Shown here in pieces: positions 47,614-59,699 of a DNA stretch of 64,000 bases; the stretch's first letter is position 1; each line of letters begins with the position of its first letter. The position numbers were made by a program, and so were the translations under genes. The DNA is from Macrostomum lignano (Eukaryota), in contig NIVC01002511.1 in the NCBI GenBank assembly GCA_002269645.1, positions 1 through 64,000 on the forward strand. Reading direction: 5' to 3'. The notes beneath the pieces are model-generated. The model ran no database searches. It was not told the origin of the DNA and saw only the letters and a list, made by a program, of their open reading frames with translations.

Positions 47614-50600
47614 GTAGGATAAATAAAATACCAGAAGTATTTTCTATTTTTTTCTGTAATTTTTATGACTTATCATAAAAAAACAAATCAAATGTTACAA
47701 TTATTAATTAAGCCCTACCTAAAATTATTCTATTGATAGCAATGCTTACTGCAAATATTTTTGTGTCAATGACAAAATATAGGGCCCTATTGCAAATTGC
47801 CAATTCCAAAAGCTGTTGTGGGGAAAGGTGTCATGCTGGTGTGGCGACATGTAAATTATCTTTTTGTTCTTAGCATGGAAACATTCTTAGAGTAGGCCTA
47901 AGGAATTCCGGTTGTTTTGCCCCCAAACTGTTTCGGCCATGTACATTTCCCCCCTAGACCATTTCATCCATAGTCCATTTCACTGATAAACCAGTTCGGC
48001 AATGGGTGTTTCGGCCAAAATGATGATTATGTATTTTAGAGATACAGCTATATATGGGCATTTCCGCCAAATAGGGACACAAATTGTGTCCGAGTGTGCA
48101 AAGAAGAAGAAAAATGTTGAAAACAGGAAATCTAACTAGAATTTGTTATTAAATTTCTTTTTTTATCTTGTAGAAGCACAAGAAATTTTCTGGTAATAAT
48201 AAAAGTTGCCGATAAAAGTTATACTGATCTAAGAAGACGATTAATACCGTAGGAGCATAAAATTTTATATTGAGGCGTAATTGCTTGCTTATAATTAACT
48301 TTCTTTCAGTCAATAATTTTTTAATTGTTTCTTAATGCTTTTAATCAACTTTTTAATTCAGATTTTGTTATTTTTGCGCATAAGTTCATACGATATTTTT
48401 TAACTTTGTCAAAATGTTTTTTCTGCGCGATATACCGAACGTAAATCTCTAATTTTACTTTTCAGTAACTAGCCGATCACCGTAATTATTCAGAAGTTCC
48501 AGTGCAACTTTGCAAGCAGCAAGAAATGCATATGCTTCCACAATCTAGAGAAAGTTTTTCTGAAGCAATATTACAAGTAAATGTGGGGAAAATTGATTTA
48601 GTACTATGTAAATTAATATCTACATACTATAGTGCAAAATGTAAATTACATTTTTATTGATAAATAAACAAGAAATTAATGTGAAACTGTTTTATTTTCC
48701 AGCTTTTATACTTAATGATAGTCTTGTAAGACTGATTTTGAGAAAAAAACTAGCGAAAAATAAAATAAAGGGTACAACATGAAAATACATCTCGTGTAAG
48801 TAGTGTGCTTACTACATTTAAATGTTAATATTTAAGGTATTTTGACAGATTAAGGTTCAGCAGACCACTTTTTGTGAAGCTCTGTATGTCGGCAATCCAT
48901 AAATATATCGTTTTCAGCTAATGAAAAGCACTAAAAAAAATTATTGGGTACAACATGAGTACAATCTTGTGGTTAAGATGTCACATCGAAAAAAAATTAA
49001 TGTCTTAGAAAAATGTATTAAGCAAATTCTATTGCTAAAAAATATACTGATACATCATCGCAAAGATGTTTTCCTTCATTTAAGCTAAAAAACGTGTAGA
49101 TTGAAAGCCTTATGAGTAAATGAGAGGGTACAACATGAGTACAAACGATACAAAAACTTACCGTTTATAATTTTTGGTATAGCAAGAAAACTGACAAAAA
49201 TCAATGACTTCTTGCAGGTGTTGTGACGAAAAGGAATGATTTTAACAAAGTTTAATGTGTTTTTTCATGAAACAAAGAGAATTACTATCAAGAATGTTTT
49301 TTTCGCTCTTTTATTCAATGTTGAAGTTAGAAATTGTGTGTTTGGACATCCAAAAAAGTGGCGTTTACGTAAGTTTAAAATGGTTTATTCAACATTAATT
49401 TTGCGATTAACAATCTTTAAATAGCTTTAAATTGAGCAAAAGTGGTTGTATTTTTCAGTTTAAGTCCTTGTTTGACTTCAATTAGCTGGCTTAAGCTACA
49501 ATTCATCATTTTCTGTTTGTTGAAGTGTAATTTTCCGATAGTGCCTAATTAGCGGAAATGCCCATATGTATCTTTATTTTCCTTTTTCAATGCTAATTTT
49601 TTGGTTTAATTTGTAATAAAATTTGATCTGAATTGTTGCCACAACAATTGTGCTATTGTGTTATTGCAATTTTGTTTATTACAATTGTGCCCATTTGATT
49701 ATATAGGAGCGTGCTTTGGGCCCGTCTAGCCAGGAGAAGCAAGAGCTTGAGAGCACGCTTTCCTGCTAGTTAGCCCAATGATTTTGTAAGCTTTTGGCCT
49801 AGCTAGCCGGTTGTTGTCGGGTGCCTACCAATTGTCCAAACTCAAGATAGTATACATGTACGCCAAAATTTTCCAGCATAGAGGGACCTAGATTACACAT
49901 TAGCATACAACTTGGTACAAAAGCGCCTGGCGTGCCCTCTTGGCATACAGCTTGGCGTATAGAGATTGCTGAGACCAGCAAGTGGGACCAAAAGTTTCAA
50001 GTCCCAACAATCAATCTACATAATTAGCATACTTTGCAAAATTTTGATCAAAAAGAATAGCCAGCCCTTTACAAAAAAATGGAAAACTAAATTAAAATAA
50101 CTGGGTTTAACTTTTCCAAGAAAGTAAAAGTAAAACAAAAATAGTTAAAATGAACTAGTTCTCTACAGTTTAGTAAAAAGATTTTCAGTTTTAACACATA
50201 GGTTGTTTGAATATTAAAATTTTGCAAGCTTTTAATATTAGTTGTAATTTGTAATTTTTATTTTGGCATATTTTTGTATGCAATAAAGAGTTCGTTGGTG
50301 TACATTGGCATGCATAAGCTACGAAAGCAATTTTTGTTCCGGCGTACAGGGGTACACGATCTTGACCCTGGCCAATTGTGAATTAAATTGAAACAAGTTT
50401 TTTTAAAGTTGTAAAATTGTATCGTTGTGCGCATGGTTGTCAGCAGTGCTCTTCGCACTTTTGTCTTATCTTGCATACTCTCAGCTCATGACTTTGTTTA
50501 TTTCAACCCTGGTCCAAATTGGAGGCAAAACAGTCCATGGCCAAAATGGTCTGTGGGAGAAATGGTCTATGGGCGAAATGGTCTAGGGGCAAAATGTCCA

Positions 50601-53600
50601 TGGCCAAAATGGTTTATGGGCAAAATGACTGGTTACTGGCCTAAGAAGTAAAAATTAGGTAGACCAAATTACCAATTGCTATAGCCCTGAAAGTTATTTT
50701 TTGTAATTTTGGAATAAGCTGGGAATTATTGACATGGTGCAAGTCATTTAGATTTAGGTAAGGTGCAGCCCATTTCAATGAAGGAATTTATGGCAAAAGA
50801 TGTTTTGGTAAAATTAAATTTTTTGTTTCCATAGATATATACTTTTGAAATGCTTATCCCCATGGTCCCTTGCCAATAATTCCAATTTTATCCACATAGA
50901 TCCATGTCAATAATTTTTAGCTTATCCCCATAGCTTAGATTGTGCAGTTGTGTCTCTATTTCCAAACTTACATTTCTCTACATTTCTCTACATTTCTCTA
51001 TGTGCGACTTAGTTTTAACAAAAATGTGATGTAGTTTTTGGTAGTTTTTCAATATTCTAGTACTAATACTCTAAAAGATATTGGCAATATTTGTTAGTCC
51101 AATACCAAAATATGAGTATCATGCGGTACTTTATTCTGATCCTTGGTCCAATACATCATTTTTTTGCATTTTCCCACTTTTCTGCATCTATCAAGCCAAA
51201 AATGAAGAAAAAGCTCTTAGCTAGGGCCTACTTAATTTTTAGACACAAGACTCTAGTGAGACATGGCTCATTTTACAGATGTTTTGGTAAAATTAAATTT
51301 TTTGTTTCCATAGATATATACTTTTGAAATGCTTATCCCCATGGTCCCTTGCCAATAATTCCAATTTTATCCACATAGATCCATGTCAATAATTTTTAGC
51401 TTATCCCCATAGCTTAGATTGTGCAGTTGTGTCTCTATTTCCAAACTTACATTTCTCTACATTTCTCTACATTTCTCTATGTGCGACTTAGTTTTAACAA
51501 AAATGTGATGTAGTTTTTGGCCAAAAATGCGACTTACATATAAAAAAACACAATTAACACAACTTTGGGTAAACAACAAGAGTAACTATAACTGTCTTAT
51601 AAAGCCAAAATACCTTGTCAGCAACTTAGTACTACTACTTAATGTTTTTTTGGGTGGGCATTTTTGCAACTTCCTTGGTTGGCCACCAAATCAGTTGGCT
51701 GGATCGGGCGACTATTGCACATGTATGAATATACAGGGCCAATAATAAAACCAATTCAATCTTGACACTATCCTATCTATCTGTTTACACTGTACATTGC
51801 TATGTACACTCAGCCTAAGCCTAACCCCCATTCTGGGGGAATCATTAAATAGACTGCACCCCTAACATGTGGGGGTTTTATTTCCATTGAATGCAGAACA
51901 CACGTACCCCTCCCAATACACAGGACCCGCGAGCAATGGTTGGGGTGGTTTTTTTTACAAATTGGCTGCAGCCCCAGGCAGTGTGGCCAAAGAAGGTTAT
52001 TAAGGGTTAAAAAAGCAGTTTTCTACTTTTTTAGGGATGTTAAAATGTGAAAATTAAAAATTAAAATAGCCTTAAACCTAATCCAGAAAATTTGAAGTTT
52101 TCCCATATAAGTTTCAATGCTGACTTGCAATTAGTCTAAGAGAAAAATTGCAACATACATACAGACAAACATTGCGTCAGTTTTAGTATAAGTAGATAGA
52201 CAGATAGATATTATCATTATTATTATATATTGAAAGTTGAATTTTGCAAGTCTCATTTGCCTCGATCTTTGGATCATTTGGTCATTCTAAATATAAGGTC
52301 AAATATTTAAAATTAACCCTTTTAAAGACAAAAAGTTTTAACTATTTAGTACTATTTAGTATTCAATACATGTAGTTTATTTGGAAGATTTGTAAAACAG
52401 TGAAAACAAAAAGACTTAATAAAGTTGAAATCTGGGAGGGCAGACATCCACAAGATTGCTAGGTTATACAACTTAAAAGCACTTTAGAGTTTTTCATTGT
52501 ATATTTCTATAACTAGTGTGGTGTTACTTTTATTGTGTTAAAACCTCAATAGTTTTATCTAAAAGCATGATTTTAGTACTTAATTTTGCATCTTTTTGCA
52601 AAAACGCAATCAAAATTGGTCAAGAATTGCAATCTCTAGAGCATTATGGACATACAAACCTTAGAGATTTAGTAAAGTGTGTTAAGCTAAATTTTTCCAT
52701 TGTCCCATTTTTGTAGAAAATTAGAAATACCCATATACTTTACAAAAATTCTGTCAAAACTTGACAAAATATCAATTTTTTAATTGGTCTTTTATTGAAA
52801 CTAAAGGGTGTATTAAAAAATTATTTGAAAATTGATATTAAAAAAATTGTTATTTGACAAATAAATAAACTGATATGCTTTTTCATTTTATGTAGACTAG
52901 GCCTATAATTAGAGGGTTCTAATCATGAAATGAATATTAAGAAAGCCTTACAAAAAATTCATTGAAGATAACAAATTGTAATAGCCATCATTATATAACT
53001 ATCTAGTTTCCTAGAAATTAGTTTTTAAATTCTTTCATTTTGTTATACTATATTATATGAATATTAAAAATATTTTTATAGATGCTTTATATTTTGTATA
53101 CTCTGTTTTGTTGGATATATAAAGCTTCAATCATATCGGTATATTAGAATGCATAAACCCAACTTGAATATGTAGCTAGCTGGCAATGGGGTGGAGCATG
53201 AGCTCATAGTACTGTAAGTAGTGCCATGTCTATTTTTTCTCTCTCTCCCTTTGTTCTATACTTAGGCTCTTTTAAAATTCTTCAAGACTATCTTGACTTG
53301 CCTTTGTACATACAGTTTTTTCATTTATAATGGTGTATCAAATTAAGGTGAATTGAATTGGCCCTGACAAGATCTTATGATTGAGAAAATGCATTGGTTA
53401 ACAAAAAATTGTATTATATATTTTTGTTAGCATTTATTTTCTTACTTTTTGTTAAAAGAGGTACATTTTTACATAAAATATGAAGAACACAAAGACACTC
53501 ATATGAGATTTAAGGCTAGAAAATATATTTACAAATACAATTCTAAAAGACAGAGTTAAAATATAAAACGTATATATAAATTATATATATCATATATGTA

Positions 53601-56600
53601 ATAAGATGTCGTATATATAATAAGACATATGTAAGACAAGAAAATAAGAATTTATACTTGGTTTGGAATTCTGTAACAAATATAATCTATCAAAGTACTA
53701 TTGTATCATATCATAGGACATTTAGACCTTGTCATATATTATATATTAGTCTTTATAAATTTGAACTTGCCTATCTATTTTTCATGGATATGTAACACTT
53801 ACCAACCTTGCTAATCTAGCTAGCTAATAGGATAGCCAATACAATATTTTGCAAAACCAATAATCAACCAAGCATAAACAAATTGTAAGGAAAGTAGACT
53901 TAACAATAATTATTTTTATGTTTGTACTATAACCATTGGTCTTTGGCACTTGAAAACAAAAAGGCTTATAGTTTTGCTATATAATTTAAAATATTATGAC
54001 CAAACCCTAAAGAAATACTAAATGTATATGCAAGTCTATATATAAGCAATACCTAGCTAATCTGCCCAAGCAACAAGATAGCCAAAGCAGATATGTTGCA
54101 AACCAAGTTAACAAAGTAGTAAAAAAATTAAGGAAGTACATCTAGGGCTCATTCCATATAAGATGGACATATTTGGAAAATAGAAAAAAGTCTATTTTTG
54201 CTTGCCATTGCCTAATTAGCCTATTTTTTACCAAATGTTTATATTGTGCAATATATACAATCTAAGAATAAAGGAATGGTAAAATGTTGGATTAGTATGT
54301 TATCAATTGGCAAAAAGTCATTTTTGTAAAAATTTGGACATTTTTCGAAGCAAAAGACATCATTAAGATTTTGTACCTTTTAAAAACAAATAGAAAGCTT
54401 TTGAAGGTTGAAACAAACTATAGATAAAAGTATAGTACTTGCATCATCAGATAAAAGCATTGGTGACCAAATAATCTATTATATTTTTAATGTATTAGTA
54501 CCTCAAAGTTACTGAATTGACAGAAAAAAATATGTTACGACCATAATGTTACGACCATAAGGCTGCCTTTTCTTTTGTATCTTTGTTGCCTTTTGAGTTT
54601 ATATATTCTAATAAAAGAGTATGATTTCTAAAGATGTTCTTAGTCAAATTTTAAAAATGTATTGCAAAATATCAAAAATGAAAAATGTTATAAGACTTTT
54701 ACCTTTTAGTTTCTATATGTCAAAAATCCTGTCGTTACGACCATAAGTGTCATTTAAGGTTTAATAGCATCTATACTAATGATGATATCTATATGAAACT
54801 CTATAAATATATTCTAGACAAAATAATCTTTCATTTAAAATATTGGTTTAGTATATTCTATTATTAGATTTCATTTTATAAGTAAAAATAACCTGTCATG
54901 TTACGACCATGCTTATATGGAATGAGCCATAGGATAGATAGAAACATAAAACTTTCAATTAAATAAAATGAAAAAATAGAAAAATAGAAAGAAAGAAAAG
55001 ATTTAAATAGCATGCAGAGTAGATCTATGTTGCTAAATGCTCTTTAAATATAGTTTTGTCAATTTTTGTAGAAAACTATGTTTTTTTAACTGGGTAAACT
55101 TCATAAGGTTGTGTATAGATATTTGAGTACATGCCTACATAATTAGCAGAGTAGGCAGCATCACTTTTGTGTTAGTTGCTAGACAATAATAAAATATAGC
55201 TTGGGTAGGGACCTAAAATTATTACTTACTTTTTGTTTACTTTCATATATGCTTTATGCATGGTATGAAGAATAAAAACCATTTAATGTTGGTGTTTTCA
55301 TATTTTGTTTATTTTAGCTAATAATTCCTTTTTATATTATTATTGGAAGAAATATTTTGCTAATTAGCAAAATTACACATTTAAAATTAGTGTAATATGG
55401 TTAATCTTGCATAATTACTAATCAAAAGTCTGCTTTAAGTTGCGTGGCATTGTTTGAAAAAAAATGCACATCTTTCTCTATTGGAAAAATAAAATTATTG
55501 ACTGTTTAGTTTCCATCCTTTCTTCGCATTATGCAGTTCATAAAAAATCGATCAGACAGTATTGCTGGCTATTGCTGGCATATTAGCAACCATTGGCGCC
55601 ATTTCCTGTAGATTAAGCTGCTCCACTTGCTGCTGTTGCTGTTGATGCGGCTGTATCCATGGCAACAGCATCTGCATCCATGCCAGAGCTGCCTGTCTGA
55701 CACCAGCCAGTAGCAAAATAGTCACTAGGCAGGCATTGAACGCAATCACATTTAGTTGTAAACGCATGAATGCGGCAGACTCGCCTGGGCAGGCGTCCTT
55801 TGTTTTCTCAAATAGTGCAACATCGAACCCAGAGAATAGGATACTACTAGCAGTAGAAGCTTTCTTGGCTAGGCTCAGCGGATCCAGACAGTTGTGCTGT
55901 CGAACTATCAGTGCGTCACCAGCTAGCAGAGGCACTCGAGTGACGTTATTATCTAATAGAAGCTGATGAATTTGCATACTGGTGTAGTCCAGCCCTAGCA
56001 GCAGCGTTGTAACCAGCGACGTGATAGCTAGAGCAATAGTCGAGATGGACAGACAGATAGCGCCAATATACCAACGAATTGAGGCACTGTTGACTTGATT
56101 TAGGCTATTTCTTCTACGAATACTACTAGCTGTGACTACCTGCAGTGCAACTCCGGCCACTGTTGCCACAGCCGTGCAGAATGACGTCACTAGGACGCTT
56201 TGGCATAGTTGTTCTTCACTAAGCTGCGTGTTCAATTGGCATATCAGAGCCGATGCGACAGACTGGGACAAACTGAGAGATGCAACTAGGCAAACTAGCA
56301 GAAGCGCATATAGAATGTGCTTGTCACCTCGATTGTTCATTGATGGCCGCGTTATCTGCCGAACTTTAATAGATGTTTTCGCTTCAGTCATTAATATAGC
56401 GTTTTGATTTTGAGACACCGTTTATTGATTACCAATTCAAGCTGTTGGTGTCGGTCTATGGGCGAAAGCACCGCAAATCGAATCGAAATAGCTTCGATTT
56501 CCTCGTATTCCACACCATTCATAGCACACAGGTGTCTTCAGCTGATTCACCCTTAGTCCATCAGTCAGTGACCTCAGTTGAACCCTCATTAGTCCATCAG

Positions 56601-59600
56601 TCAGTGACCTCAGTTGAACCCTCCTTAGTCCATCAGTCAGTGACCTCAGTTGAACCTTCCTTAGTCCATCAGTCAGTGACCTCAGTTGAACCTTCCTTAG
56701 TCCATCAGTCAGTGACCTCAGTTGAACCTTCCTTAGTCCATCAGTCAGTGACCTCAATTGAACTCTTCTTAGTCCATCAGTCAGTGACCTCAGTTGAACC
56801 TTCCTTAGTCCATCAGTCAGTGACCTCAGTTGAACCCTCATTAGTCCATCAGTCAGTGACCTCAGTTGAACCTTCCTTAGTCCATCAGTCAGTGACCTCA
56901 GTTGAACCTTCCTTAGTCCATCAGTCAGTGACCTCAGTTGAACCTTCCTTAGTCCATCAGTCAGTGACCTCAGTTGAACCCTCATTAGTCCATCAGTCAG
57001 TGACCTCAGTTGAACCCTCATTAGTCCATCAGTCAGTGACCTCAGTTGAACCCCCATTAGTCCATCAGTCAGTGACCTCAGTTGAACCCTCATTAGTCCA
57101 TCAGTCAGTGACCTCAGTCGAACTCCTTATTAGTCCATCAGTCAGTGACCTCAGTCGAACTCCTTATTAGTCCATCAGTCAGTGACCTCAGTTGAACCCT
57201 TCTTAGTCCATCAGTCAGTGACGCCAGTTGAACCCTCCTTAGTCCATCAGTCAGTGACCTCAGTTGAACCCTTCTTAGTCCATCAGTCAGTGACCTCAGT
57301 TGAACCCTCAGTCCATCAGTCAGTGACCTCAGTTAAACCTTCCTTAATCCATCAGTCAGTGACCTCAGTTGAACTCTTCTTAGTCCATCTGTCAGTGACC
57401 CCAGTTGAACCCTTCTTACTCCATCAGTCATTGACCTCAGCCGAACCCTCCTCGATCCATTAGTGACTTTAGACAACTCCCACTATTAAACTTGAACATA
57501 TTCACAGTTAAAAGTTTGTTAAATTCAATCAAAATATATTTCTAGACGCAGAGCATAAGTAAAATCCGAAAACTTGAATCAGGCTATTATCTAGTTAACA
57601 GCTTTAAGAGGGCAATGTTTTATGGCCTGGGTTCTATTTAATTTCCTGTCATAAATGAAACTCGCAATGCCCCAGGCTAATTTCTGTAGCTTTAACAGAA
57701 ACAGAACTTTTAAGCTCACTATCCTAATTAATTGCTGCCTCTGACACTTCATATCGAAATCTACCGATACTACTGATACCACTGATCCTTATACAGTCAA
57801 CTTTTTAATAAAACAAAAGATGACATTTTGTCTATACTAATAAAATTCCCAAGTTGCTGGGACACGGCCACTTTTCCAGAACCTCAGTTTTTTGGGCCAG
57901 CCTCCCAGATCCTCTGTTGCTGGGCCAGCCTCCCAAATCCTCAGTTGCTGGGCCATCCTCCCAGATCCTCAGATGCTGGGCCAGCCCCCCAGATCCTCAG
58001 TTGCTGGGCCAGCCTCCCAGATCCTCAGTAGCTGGGCCAGCCTCCCAGATCCTCAGTTTCTGGGCCAGCCTCCCTAATCCCCAGTTGGCAGGCCACCGCC
58101 GCTTCCCTTCCAGTTGCCCCTTACCTTGCCACTCCATCTGTTTCTGTCAAAGCATAAAAGCCAAATCGGTTTACATCCTGTATACTAAAAATTCCATCTA
58201 ATTCACCTGCAGGCAACCAGCAGCCCGGCCAGCAGCATCAGTCCTCGCACCACCGCGGCCGCCATCATCGTCATGACAACCAGCAGCAACAGCAGCAGCC
58301 GTGCCCGCATCCTCAAGGCAATCCTGGCTCAACAACTACAGGCGCAGTCTCCGCTGTAGCCTCATCAACAGTGCCGGCAACTGCGGGCAAAAATCAGCCA
58401 CTCCGTCGCGAACGAATCCGATGGACTTCAGACCAGCCGCTGACGCCCAGCCAGTTGCGCAGCAAGCGGGAGGAGTTCTGGGACACCGCGCCCGCTTTTG
58501 ATGGCAGGCGCGAAATTTGGGACGCCCTGCGAGCGGCCGCCTGCGCTATGGAGGCTAGCGATCACGAGCTGGCTCAGGTGATGTGCTCTGACAGTCGGTT
58601 GTCTCTGGCTTGCTGATTGGGATTGGATTGTTCTGTTGTTGGCTACTTTAGTGAAAGGAGGTAAAGTTAAATAGACAGACAGGCAGACAAGAAGACAGAC
58701 AGACAGGCAGACAGACACTGAGACAGACAGACAGACACTGGGACGGACGGACGGACAGACAAACAGACAGACACTGGGACGGACAGACAGACACTGGGAC
58801 GGACAGACAGACACTGGGACGGACAGACAGACAGACAGTCTTTAAATCCACCTTTTGTCATTGTTCCTATTGAAGGCCACTCTCAGTGCTATTGCGGTGT
58901 GTTTGTCAAACCATTGCGTTAATGAATAGTTTTTCTTAATAAAAACACCAGGAAAATAATTTAAATGCCTGCTGTCTACTGTGGAAAAACTATGTATGTT
59001 CTTTTTGGCGTACTGTAAGTAGTAACACGCAGACATGCTCGTTAATTTTATTGAAAACTACTACAGGCTATAATAAGCGGCGCGGGCATTATGCTGCCCA
59101 GAGGCCTTTTAACGGACAGCTACGACGAGCTCGGGACCCGATACCAGCTGCCGTTGTACGTGCTCTCGGCGCCGTCAAATCTAGCGGATTCTCCGCCGCC
59201 AACTCTCGATAACTCCGGCGGCAACGGCGGCGGCGGCGATGACGCTGACGGTAGCTATAGCAACGGCGGCGGCAACGACGCCGCTCGCAACGATCTCGAC
59301 GATTCAACCGCCGAGCAGCCGCCAGTAGCGCCGGTGAATCTGAAGCTGAGACTATCCAATAACGGCCGGGACATCCGGCTGCAGGTGTCATCTGAGGACA
59401 CGGTTGCTAAGGCTAAGCGAAGATTGGAGCGTCACGTGACGTCTGGCGGCGGCGCGAGTCTCGGCAGCCAGCGGTGGTACTGCTACGGCAGGCAGCTGAC
59501 TGACCGGATGAGGATCAAAGAATGCCCGATTCCCAGGGGCTTCGTCATCCAGGTAGTGCAGCAGCAGCAGCAGCAGCAGGCGGCTCCAACCGGTGATGAA

Positions 59601-59615
59601 GTTGGCGCAAATTAG
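47535..59615 (+). CDS. UBTD1: Ubiquitin domain-containing protein 1/2 (DC-UbP family), 330 aa
   Basis: Exons 47535-47613 (MGNCLRG...SR G|gtagga), 58213-58577, 59067-59615. N-terminal MGNC acylation motif; [52 protein letters not shown] and a C-terminal ubiquitin-like domain (LKLRLS...[12 protein letters not shown]...FVIQV). Paralog assignment UBTD1 vs UBTD2 is not resolvable. Confidence 0.92.
47903..50637. mobile_element. Probable degenerate Mutator-like (long-TIR) element in UBTD intron 1
   Basis: About 100-bp imperfect TIRs built of sub-repeats of roughly 18 bp (TTTTGCCC...GGCCATG.ACATTT..CCCCTAGACCATTTC); direct repeat GGCCTAAG at 47895-47902 and 50638-50645. Confidence 0.5.
50798..51520. 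repeat. Complex local duplication B-A-B
   Basis: 50798-51041 = 51277-51520 (244 bp); the intervening 51050-51268 = 45851-46069 (219 bp). Confidence 0.9.
54146..54928. mobile_element. Non-autonomous TIR DNA transposon
   Basis: TIRs GGCTCATTCCATATAAGATGG / CCATGCTTATATGGAATGAGCC; internal GTTACGACCAT repeated 4 times toward the right end. Confidence 0.6.
55552..56391 (-). CDS. Uncharacterised four-pass membrane protein with tetraspanin-like topology, nested antisense in UBTD intron 1
   Basis: 840-nt non-repetitive ORF, GC-richer than its AT-rich flank. First ATG is at 56391 (the track start at 56418 is GTG). Four hydrophobic segments, a large loop between TM3 and TM4 with the sequon NVT and two Cys, and a polyQ C-tail as in the neighbouring genes. 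Confidence 0.65.
   Translation of the reverse strand: MTEAKTSIKVRQITRPSMNNRGDKHILYALLLVCLVASLSLSQSVASALICQLNTQLSEEQLCQSVLVTSFCTAVATVAGVALQVVTASSIRRRNSLNQVNSASIRWYIGAICLSISTIALAITSLVTTLLLGLDYTSMQIHQLLLDNNVTRVPLLAGDALIVRQHNCLDPLSLAKKASTASSILFSGFDVALFEKTKDACPGESAAFMRLQLNVIAFNACLVTILLLAGVRQAALAWMQMLLPWIQPHQQQQQQVEQLNLQEMAPMVANMPAIASNTV
56535..57460. repeat. 36-bp minisatellite
   Basis: Unit TAGTCCATCAGTCAGTGACCTCAGTTGAACCTTCCT, about 25 copies. Confidence 0.97.
57890..58075. repeat. 28-bp minisatellite upstream of UBTD exon 2
   Basis: Unit TTGCTGGGCCAGCCTCCCAGATCCTCAG. Confidence 0.92.
58213..58577 (+). CDS. UBTD1: UBTD exon 2
   Basis: cacctgcag|GC AAC ... GCT CAG|gtgatg. Confidence 0.9.
58670..58838. 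repeat. (CAGA)n-based repeat in UBTD intron 2
   Basis: Contains GACACTGGGAC inserts. Confidence 0.9.
59067..59615 (+). CDS. UBTD1: UBTD exon 3
   Basis: actacag|GCT ATA ATA ... AAT TAG. Confidence 0.92.
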   Translation, partial: AIISGAGIMLPRGLLTDSYDELGTRYQLPLYVLSAPSNLADSPPPTLDNSGGNGGGGDDADGSYSNGGGNDAARNDLDDSTAEQPPVAPVNLKLRLSNNGRDIRLQVSSEDTVAKAKRRLERHVTSGGGASLGSQRWYCYGRQLTDRMRIKECPIPRGFVIQVVQQQQQQQAAPTGDEVGAN

Positions 59616-59699
59616 ATTTTCTGGTAGATTATTCACATAGGTAAGAAATATATACTACTTACTAATAAGCTTGTAGCAGTACTATCTGTCTGGTAGCTT

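Noticed and set aside
51995-52325. piggyBac-like ends (AAGGG|TTAA at about 52005; TTAA|CCCTT at about 52313)
   Set aside because: They face away from each other and no partner termini were found; such short matches are expected in AT-rich DNA.
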